A stretch of DNA of 32,000 nt from Pseudodesulfovibrio mercurii (GTDB lineage: Bacteria > Desulfobacterota > Desulfovibrionia > Desulfovibrionales > Desulfovibrionaceae): NCBI RefSeq assembly GCF_000189295.2, contig NC_016803.1:690001-722000 (forward strand), given 5' to 3'. Numbering within the stretch: the stretch's first letter is position 1; each line of letters opens with the position of its first letter. Made by a program: the position numbers and the translations under genes. The notes beneath the pieces were generated by a model that worked only from the letters and a program-made list of their open reading frames with translations, was not told the origin of the DNA and made no database searches. Positions 1-8,649 of the stretch are shown piece after piece.

Positions 1-2090
<2,090 letters not shown>

Positions 2091-2112
2091 CCGACCGCAT
2101 ACGCCACATCGA

Positions 2113-2140
2113 GGCCGGGGCTCACGCCCCGGCCTTTTTT
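2113..2140 (+). terminator. Rho-independent terminator of por
   Basis: GGCCGGGG-CTCACG-CCCCGGCC stem-loop followed by TTTTTT, 23 nt after the stop codon. Confidence 0.8.
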
Positions 2141-2154
2141 CACGCCTCCGGCGG

Positions 2155-2207
2155 CCGGGGGAAGGGGGAAGGGAAACCCTTTGAAAGGCTTCCTTCCCCT
2201 TCCCCGG
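2155..2207. repeat. Imperfect purine-rich/pyrimidine-rich palindrome (REP-like hairpin element)
   Basis: CCGGGGGAAGGGGGAAGGGAAACCC TTTGAAAGG CTTCCTTCCCCTTCCCCGG. The arms are complementary apart from small indels. Intergenic, with no ORF support. Confidence 0.4.
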
Positions 2208-2249
2208 ACCCCCATCCCCCTTTCCTTCCTAAACTTTTTATTGCCGCTT

Positions 2250-2340
2250 CGCCGGGTGTGGGGCTGAGAGACGGCCTGATGGAGAATGAAACCGACATTT
2301 ACCGGGCTTCGGGCATTGACGTTATGCATGAATGGGTCAA
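2250..2340 (+). promoter_or_regulatory. Candidate THI-box-like (TPP riboswitch-like) leader element, atypical
   Basis: GGGTGTGGGG-CTGAGA (2264-2269), then CCTGAT (2275-2280) and GGAGAATGAAACC, resemble conserved TPP aptamer segments. It lies upstream of thiamine genes. I could not find the canonical P3 helix or the ACCC segment. Confidence 0.3.
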
Positions 2341-2353
2341 TCCTGGAGCGGTC

Positions 2354-2376
2354 GGCCGCCTGGAGCGGCCTTTCTT
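2354..2376 (+). terminator. Leader attenuator hairpin upstream of the thiamine operon
   Basis: GGCCGC-CTGGA-GCGGCC followed by TTTCTT, 25 nt before the ATG at 2402. The 10-nt direct repeat CCTGGAGCGG (2342-2351 and 2359-2368) offers alternative pairing. Confidence 0.5.
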
Positions 2377-2401
2377 GAACGCATCAACAAGGAAGAATGT
2401 C

Positions 2402-2704
2402 ATGAGTTGTGTAGCCACCTTCAGCCTGTTCCCCCTGGAACGCCCCGACCAGGGGTCCTTCGCACCCTACGTGGCGCGGACCATCGAGATCGTCCGGGAA
2501 TCCGGACTACCCCATGAACTCGGGGCCATGGGCACCGTCCTCGAGGGCGAATTCGACGAAATCATGGCGACCATCAAGCGTTGCCACGACGACATGCGCA
2601 AGGGGTGCGGCCGGGTCTACCTGAACCTGACCGTGGACTCCCGCTCCGGCGGGGCCGGGCGCATGCGCGACAAGGTCGAAAGCGTCGGGGAGCTGCTGAA
2701 ATGA
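2402..2704 (+). CDS. MTH1187/YkoF-family thiamine-binding protein (100 aa)
   Basis: The 100-aa product MSCVATFSLFPL...GTVLEGEFDEIM...LNLTVDSR has the typical size and pattern of the family. AAGGAAG Shine-Dalgarno sits 7 nt upstream. ATGA stop/start overlap with thiM. Confidence 0.75.
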   Translation: MSCVATFSLFPLERPDQGSFAPYVARTIEIVRESGLPHELGAMGTVLEGEFDEIMATIKRCHDDMRKGCGRVYLNLTVDSRSGGAGRMRDKVESVGELLK

Positions 2705-3513
2705 GCGCGCCCGACAAACTGATCCGGACCATCTGGAAGGATATCTGCGAGGTCCGCATACAGGCCCCGCTCATCGTCAACATCACCAACTACGTGGTCA
2801 CCAACAACACGGCCAACTCCCTGCTCGCCCTGGGGGCCTCCCCGGCCATGAACCATGTGGCCGAGGACCTGCCCGGCCTGGTGGACCTGGCCGGCGCCCT
2901 GGTGGTCAACATCGGCACCCTGGCCGACGACTACGTGGAGGGCATGCACGTGGCCATGGCCCAGGCCAATGACATGGGCATGCCCGTGGTCCTCGATCCC
3001 GTGGCCGCCGGAGTGAACGCCTTCCGCACGGACATCTGCATGGAATTTCTCGAGAAGTACCATCCGGACATCGTCCGGGGCAACGCCTCGGAGATCATGG
3101 CCCTGGCCGGTCAGGACGGCCGCCCCAAGGGCGTGGACACCTCCATGGACGTGGACGAGGCCAAGGGCGCGGCCAAGGCCCTGAACGAGCGCTACGGGTG
3201 CACGGTCCTGGTCAGCGGCGAGACCGACCTGGTGGTTGGCGGAAACCGCGAGATGCGCCTGGCGGGCGGCTCGGACATGATGCCGCGCGTGACCGGGCTG
3301 GGCTGCACCTGCACCGCCCTGGCCGGAGCCTTCGCCGCCGTGCGCCACGACTACTTCCAGGCCGCCGTGGACACCGCCGCGGTCATGAACATTGCCGGGG
3401 AAATGGCCGCCGAGCAGTCGCCCGGTCCCGGCAGCCTGCAGATGCACCTCCAGGACGCCCTCTATCTCCTGGACGAGGAGGCCGTCCGCACCCGCCTCAA
3501 GGTGGTGGAATAA
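2701..3513 (+). CDS. thiM: Hydroxyethylthiazole kinase
   Basis: NITNYVVTNNTANSLLALGASPAM, VVLDPV and GLGCTCTAL motifs characteristic of ThiM. Translationally coupled to both neighbours. Confidence 0.9.
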   Translation: MSAPDKLIRTIWKDICEVRIQAPLIVNITNYVVTNNTANSLLALGASPAMNHVAEDLPGLVDLAGALVVNIGTLADDYVEGMHVAMAQANDMGMPVVLDPVAAGVNAFRTDICMEFLEKYHPDIVRGNASEIMALAGQDGRPKGVDTSMDVDEAKGAAKALNERYGCTVLVSGETDLVVGGNREMRLAGGSDMMPRVTGLGCTCTALAGAFAAVRHDYFQAAVDTAAVMNIAGEMAAEQSPGPGSLQMHLQDALYLLDEEAVRTRLKVVE

Positions 3514-4151
3514 TGAGAACCGAAGATCTGCTCGTCTATCTCGTCACGGACCGCAGCCTCTGCCGGGGCCGGTCCCTGGAAGAGGTCGTGGCCCAGGCCG
3601 CCGAGGGCGGCTGCACCATGGTCCAGCTGCGCGAAAAGGAGGCCGACACCGGCGAATTCGTGGAGTTGGCCCGCGCCCTGCACAGGCTGCTCAAGCCGCT
3701 GTCCATCCCGCTGCTCATCAACGACCGCGTGGACGTGGCCCTGGCCGCCGGGGTCGAGGGCGTGCACGTGGGCCAGTCCGACATGCTCCCCGAGGACGTC
3801 CGCCGGATCATCGGTCCTGACGCCATCCTCGGCCTGTCCGTGGACACCGAGGCCGAGCTTCTGGACGCCCAGAACCGGCCCGTGGACTACCTCGGCATCG
3901 GCCCGGCCTACCCCACCCTGACCAAGAAGGACGTCAAGGGCACGCCGTGGGGTCCCGAGGGGCTGCGGCGCGCGGTGGGGCAGTCCGCCATCCCGCTGGT
4001 GGCCATCGGCGGCGTGCAGCGCGACAACGTCCGGGCCGTGGCCGGTTCGGGCGTGGCGGGCATCGCCGTGGTCTCGGCCATCTGCTCCGCGCCCTCGCCC
4101 GCCGAGGCCGCGCGAGAGCTGGCCTACGCCATGAAGGAAGGGACGCGGTAG
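3513..4151 (+). CDS. thiE: Thiamine-phosphate synthase
   Basis: LYLVTDR, VQLREK, LINDRVDVALAAGVEGVHVGQSD and AIGGV motifs. The start overlaps the thiM stop (TAATG). Confidence 0.9.
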   Translation: MRTEDLLVYLVTDRSLCRGRSLEEVVAQAAEGGCTMVQLREKEADTGEFVELARALHRLLKPLSIPLLINDRVDVALAAGVEGVHVGQSDMLPEDVRRIIGPDAILGLSVDTEAELLDAQNRPVDYLGIGPAYPTLTKKDVKGTPWGPEGLRRAVGQSAIPLVAIGGVQRDNVRAVAGSGVAGIAVVSAICSAPSPAEAARELAYAMKEGTR

Positions 4152-4193
4152 CCCTGCCCGCCCTTCCCCCTGCCCCGCGAGCCGGGGCGCATG

Positions 4194-4224
4194 CGCGGCC
4201 TCCCACGGGGGGGCCGCGTTTTTT
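4194..4224 (+). terminator. Rho-independent terminator of the thiamine operon
   Basis: CGCGGCC-(11 nt)-GGCCGCG followed by TTTTTT. Confidence 0.7.
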
Positions 4225-4263
4225 GTCCTTGTCCCGCCCCCCGTCCACGGGGTGATAAAAGTT

Positions 4264-4278
4264 GTTAAACATTGTAAA
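4264..4278 (+). promoter_or_regulatory. Direct repeat GTTAA-N5-GTAAA (CpxR-box-like), possible autoregulatory site
   Basis: Pentamer repeat with 10-bp periodicity, about 55 nt upstream of the response-regulator ATG. One mismatch to the E. coli CpxR consensus GTAAA-N5-GTAAA. Confidence 0.25.
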
Positions 4279-4330
4279 AGGGGGCTGCGGGGCCTTTTCA
4301 TCCCGCGCGACATCCGGGTAAGGGGAAACA

Positions 4331-5029
4331 ATGAAGAGCAACGGCCCGATCCTGATCATCGACGACGACCAGAAGCTGCGCGACCTGGTGGCCGAGTACC
4401 TGGGCGAGTACGACTTCCCCACGGCCACCCTGCCCTCGGGCATGAAGGCGGTGGAGACCATCCGCTCGCTCAACCCGAGCGTCATCGTCCTGGACGTGAT
4501 GATGCCGGGCAAGGACGGGCTCGAGGTTTTGCGCGACATCCGCGTGGAATTCGCCACCCCGGTGATCATGCTCACGGCCAAGGGCGAGGACACGGACCGC
4601 ATCGTCGGGCTCGAACTCGGGGCCGACGACTACATGGCCAAGCCGTTCAACCCGCGCGAGCTGCTGGCCCGGATCAAGGCCGTGCTCCGCCGGGTGGAGG
4701 CATGCGAAGAGCGCAGGGCCGAGATCACGGCCATCCATGCGGGCGGGCTGGTCCTGAACCTGGCCCGCCAGGTCCTGGAGATCGACGGCGGGGAGGTCGA
4801 GCTGGCCCCCACGGAGTTCCGCCTGCTCAAGGCGCTCATGGGCCACGCGGACCGCGCCCTGTCCCGCGACGAACTCATGGACATGGCCTGGGACAAGGAC
4901 TTCGCGGCCTACGACCGGTCCATCGACGTGCACGTCTCCAAGCTGCGTTCCCTGCTCAAGCCATATCCGGCCCATGCCAAGCGCATCCGGACCGTCTGGG
5001 GCACGGGCTACATGTTCGTGGGTGAATGA
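4331..5029 (+). CDS. OmpR-family (CpxR-like) two-component response regulator
   Basis: Receiver domain (ILIIDDD, VLDVMMPG, AKPF) plus winged-helix output (RSIDVHVSKLR, IRTVWGTGYMF). GGGGAAA Shine-Dalgarno. Confidence 0.9.
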   Translation: MKSNGPILIIDDDQKLRDLVAEYLGEYDFPTATLPSGMKAVETIRSLNPSVIVLDVMMPGKDGLEVLRDIRVEFATPVIMLTAKGEDTDRIVGLELGADDYMAKPFNPRELLARIKAVLRRVEACEERRAEITAIHAGGLVLNLARQVLEIDGGEVELAPTEFRLLKALMGHADRALSRDELMDMAWDKDFAAYDRSIDVHVSKLRSLLKPYPAHAKRIRTVWGTGYMFVGE

Positions 5030-6420
5030 TGAAAGTCAGCCGGTTGTACCTGAAGATCCTCTTCGCCTTCATCCTGGTCCAGGCGGTGGCCATCGCGGGC
5101 ATCGGCGGACTGCTCAAGATGGGCCACATGCGCCCGCCCTTCACCCTGCACGCCAAGAACCGCACCGAGGCCCTCAAGCAGATCATCGGGCTCGAGACCG
5201 ACGGCGCGACCCGGCTGACCCCGGAACTGCGCGCCCGCCTGGACCGAGTCCTCGACATCTACGCCAACGCCTTTAGCGGCGACGCCTGGATCACCGACGA
5301 ACGCGGCGTAACCGTGGCCCAATCCTACCGGACCCCGCCCCTGACCGGCGAGGAGGAGCTGGAACTCAAGCTGGTCACGAAGCAGAACGACCGCATCTAT
5401 TTCATCCGTAAGGGCGACAAGGGGTCCATCTACTCCTACGGGCCGCTCAAGACCCCGCTGGGCACCCTGACCGTGCACCTGCTCAACGAGTGGATCACCC
5501 ACAACGAGGAGGTCTGGTTCATGGAGGGGCTGCTGCTCATGGCCACGGTGGCCGCCCTGCTGCTCATCCCGGTGTCGCGCCGCCTGACCCGGCCCATGGT
5601 CCAGATGACCCGGTCCGCCCAACAGCTGGCCCGGGGCGACTTCACCCCTCGCGTGTTCGACGACCGCAAGGACGAGATGGGCACCCTGGCCCGGACCTTC
5701 AACCACATGGTCAACAGCCTGGAAAAAATGGTCCGGGGCGGGCGCGAACTGACCGCCAACCTGTCCCACGAGTTGCGCTCCCCCCTGGCGCGCATCCGCG
5801 TCTCCCAGCAGATCGTCCTCGAACGGCTGGAGGCGGGCCGCACGGACGGCGTGGTCAAGCACGTCCGGCGCATGGAGGAGGAGATCGACCACATGGACTC
5901 GCTCATCGACCAGATCATGAAGCTGTCCAAGCTCGATCTCCAGGAGCCCCCGCCGCGCGAGGACATGGCGGACATGAACGTCATGCTCGAGGAGGCCGCC
6001 GAACGGGTCGGACCGCTCACGGGCGCGCGGTCCATCCGCCTCCAGCTGTACCTCTCGCCCGTGCCCGCCTTCCGCTGCCGTCGGCAGGACCTGCGCATCG
6101 TCCTGGACAACGTCCTGTCCAACGCGGTCAAGTACAGCCCGGACAACGGCCGGGTGGACATCCGCTGCGGGGCCGAATGGGAGGACGACCGCGAGGCCGT
6201 GGTCATCCGGGTGAGCAACGCCTATCCCCCCCTGTCCGATGATGAACTGGAGGCCGTGTTCGCCCCCTTCCGGCGGCTGGGCTACGACGAGGTCGAGGGC
6301 AACGGCCTGGGCCTGGCCTTCGCCCGCAAGATCGTCGAGGACCACGGCGGGACCATCCGCGCCCGGAGCGAGGACGAGACCTTCCGCGTGACCATCCGCC
6401 TGCCCCTGGACCGGGAGTAA
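5026..6420 (+). CDS. Sensor histidine kinase (2 TM, periplasmic loop, HAMP, HisKA, HATPase_c)
   Basis: ATGA overlap with the regulator gene. H-box LSHELRSPLARI, N-box LSNAVKYS, G-box GNGLGLAFARKIV. Confidence 0.9.
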   Translation: MMKVSRLYLKILFAFILVQAVAIAGIGGLLKMGHMRPPFTLHAKNRTEALKQIIGLETDGATRLTPELRARLDRVLDIYANAFSGDAWITDERGVTVAQSYRTPPLTGEEELELKLVTKQNDRIYFIRKGDKGSIYSYGPLKTPLGTLTVHLLNEWITHNEEVWFMEGLLLMATVAALLLIPVSRRLTRPMVQMTRSAQQLARGDFTPRVFDDRKDEMGTLARTFNHMVNSLEKMVRGGRELTANLSHELRSPLARIRVSQQIVLERLEAGRTDGVVKHVRRMEEEIDHMDSLIDQIMKLSKLDLQEPPPREDMADMNVMLEEAAERVGPLTGARSIRLQLYLSPVPAFRCRRQDLRIVLDNVLSNAVKYSPDNGRVDIRCGAEWEDDREAVVIRVSNAYPPLSDDELEAVFAPFRRLGYDEVEGNGLGLAFARKIVEDHGGTIRARSEDETFRVTIRLPLDRE

Positions 6421-6588
6421 CCCCGATCCCGGCAGCGCCGTGCCGGGCCCTCCTGCCCGCTCCCAGGCGGAAAAATCGATCCGTCCGGCCGCGCGCCCGG
6501 GAGCGACGCATGCGCGAACCTTTGCACATTGAGGCAACATCCTGAATATTCTTTATAAAACGACTTTGTGCAAAAACGCGTTTCAAAA

Positions 6589-6617
6589 TTGATAATACCC
6601 TGGGCATCGCGTACTGT
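6589..6617 (+). promoter_or_regulatory. Candidate sigma70-type promoter for opgG
   Basis: TTGATA-N17-TACTGT in the only AT-rich stretch of the intergenic region. The 10-bp palindrome AAACGCGTTT (6574-6583) abuts the -35. Confidence 0.3.
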
Positions 6618-6683
6618 GCTGTCTCCTGCGGCCACGGACCAAGGTCCTGTCCCGGAAACAACCAACAAGCGAAAAAGCCCGTA

Positions 6684-8285
6684 ATGTCACAACGCATACA
6701 TTCGTCCGGACGCGCCCTCGGGCGCCTCCATCTCCTGTTCCCGGCCCTGCTCCTGCTCGCCCAGGTCCTGCCGGGGACCCTGCCCGTGAAACCGGCCCTG
6801 GCCGGGGAGGAGACGCCCTTCTCCCGCCAGGTGGTGGTGGACAAGGCCCGGCAGTTGAGCCAGGCCCCGTTCGCCCCGGCCCAGGGGGAAGTGCCTCAGG
6901 CCCTGCTCGACCTGGACTACGACGCCTGGCGCGATATCCGCTTCCGCCCGGACAAGGCCCTGTGGAAGGACGAGAAGCTGTCCTTCCAGGTGCAGTTCTT
7001 CCACCCCGGCCTGTTCTACGACCGGCTGGTGGACGTCCACGTCGTCACCAAGGACGCGACCGAGCGGATTCCCTTCGACCCGGCCCTGTTCGACTACGGC
7101 AACAATCACTCCCTGCCGGAACAGATCCCCGAACGGTTCGGCTTCGCGGGCTTCCGCATCCACGGGCCCATCAACACGCCGAGCTATTTCGACGAGGTCG
7201 CGGTCTTCCTGGGCGCGAGCTATTTCCGGGCCGTGGCCAAGGGCCAGGCCTACGGGATATCGGCGCGCGGCCTGGCCGTGGACACCGCCCTGCCGGACGG
7301 CGAGGAGTTCCCCTATTTCAAGGAATTCTGGATCGAGAAGCCGACCCGCAAGAGCACCAGCCTGACCGTGCACGCCCTGCTGGACAGCAAGAGCCTGACC
7401 GGGGCCTACACCTTCGTCATCGAGAGCGGCCGGACCACCACCATGGACGTCACCGCCACCCTGTTCCTGCGCATCCCCGTGGCCAAGATCGGCATCGCCC
7501 CCCTGACCAGCATGTTCCTGTTCGGCGAGAACACGGACGAGCGCAAGGTCCGGGACTTCCGGCCCGAGGTGCACGACTCCGACGGCCTGCTCATCAAGAA
7601 CGACTCGGGCGAATGGTTCTGGCGGCCCCTGGACAACCCGGAAAACCTTGAAATCAACGCCTTTTCCGCGGACAACGTGCGCGGCTTCGGGCTCGTCCAG
7701 CGCGACCGGGACTTCGCCCACTACGAGGACCTCGAAGCGGGCTACGAACGCCGCCCGACCCTCTGGGTGGAGCCGGTGGGAGACTGGGGCTTCGGCCACG
7801 TGGAGCTGATCAACATCCCCACGGACAAGGAAATCCACGACAACATCGTGGCCTTCTGGAGCCCGCGCGACCCGCTGCCCGTGGGGGTCCCCCAGACCTA
7901 CGCCTACCGGCTGCTGTGGTACAATGGCGGGTTCACCCACCCGCCGCTCGGCTACGTCAGCGCCACCCGTACCGGCGACGCCTGGGGCGGCGGCCAGAGG
8001 TTCATCGTGGACTTCCAGAGCAAGGCCCTGGCCCTGCTGCAACCGCCGTCCAAGGTGGAGGGCGTGGTCACCTGCGGCAAGGGCGCGGTGGTCGCCGCGC
8101 AGAACGTGGAGAAGAACCCGCATACAGGGGGGTGGCGGCTGTCCTTCGTGATCCGGCCCGACCAGGCCCCCTCGGCCCTGGAAAAGGTCCTGCCCAACCG
8201 CAGGCCGCCCGTGGACCTGCGGGCCTTCCTGAAGATCAACGACACCACCCTGACGGAAACCTGGAACTATGCCTATCGTCCCTGA
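6684..8285 (+). CDS. opgG: Periplasmic glucan biosynthesis protein OpgG/OpgD (MdoG family)
   Basis: N-terminal signal peptide. MdoG-family blocks (FQVQFFHPG, GFRIHGPIN, FPYFKEFWIEKP, WVEP..DWG.G.V.L..IPT..E..DNIVAFW). Confidence 0.9.
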   Translation: MSQRIHSSGRALGRLHLLFPALLLLAQVLPGTLPVKPALAGEETPFSRQVVVDKARQLSQAPFAPAQGEVPQALLDLDYDAWRDIRFRPDKALWKDEKLSFQVQFFHPGLFYDRLVDVHVVTKDATERIPFDPALFDYGNNHSLPEQIPERFGFAGFRIHGPINTPSYFDEVAVFLGASYFRAVAKGQAYGISARGLAVDTALPDGEEFPYFKEFWIEKPTRKSTSLTVHALLDSKSLTGAYTFVIESGRTTTMDVTATLFLRIPVAKIGIAPLTSMFLFGENTDERKVRDFRPEVHDSDGLLIKNDSGEWFWRPLDNPENLEINAFSADNVRGFGLVQRDRDFAHYEDLEAGYERRPTLWVEPVGDWGFGHVELINIPTDKEIHDNIVAFWSPRDPLPVGVPQTYAYRLLWYNGGFTHPPLGYVSATRTGDAWGGGQRFIVDFQSKALALLQPPSKVEGVVTCGKGAVVAAQNVEKNPHTGGWRLSFVIRPDQAPSALEKVLPNRRPPVDLRAFLKINDTTLTETWNYAYRP

Positions 8286-8643
8286 CGGCGGATCGGCCGA
8301 CGACAAGAAGCGGCGCGAACGGGCAGCCCGCTGCCTGACGGCCTACGCCGAGCAGCTGCCCATGCCCACCGAGGACCGCCTTGAGCTGGTTCTCCAGACC
8401 CTGCGCGGACTACCCGCCGGGGCCGGGCCCGAGCAGGCCCTGGACGCGCTCCTGTCCCGGTTGCCCGCCCCGGACCTCCAGGTCTATCCGCCGGACGCCC
8501 CGGCCCTGCACCGCAGCCACATGCCCTGCCAGTACCTGGGCCGACCGCGCTCCGGCCTGTCCGGCTTCGCGGCCCAATGGGGCTGGTTGGCCATGCTCGG
8601 CCTGCTGCTGGCCCTGACCCTCATATTGTCCCTTTCCAGGTAA
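8269..8643 (+). CDS. Small hypothetical protein (124 aa) with a C-terminal transmembrane anchor, between opgG and opgH
   Basis: High GC3 like neighbouring genes. The start overlaps the opgG end by 17 nt. The stop lies 6 nt before the opgH ATG and in the same frame as opgH. C-terminal WGWLAMLGLLLALTLILSL hydrophobic helix. No family recognised. Confidence 0.45.
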   Translation: MPIVPDGGSADDKKRRERAARCLTAYAEQLPMPTEDRLELVLQTLRGLPAGAGPEQALDALLSRLPAPDLQVYPPDAPALHRSHMPCQYLGRPRSGLSGFAAQWGWLAMLGLLLALTLILSLSR

Positions 8644-8649
8644 AGTCCC

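Noticed and set aside
2279-2401. In-frame upstream ATG (2279) that would extend the YkoF-like protein to 141 aa.
   Set aside because: The extension covers the hairpin/attenuator region and has no Shine-Dalgarno. The family is typically about 100 aa, and the ATG at 2402 has a good Shine-Dalgarno.
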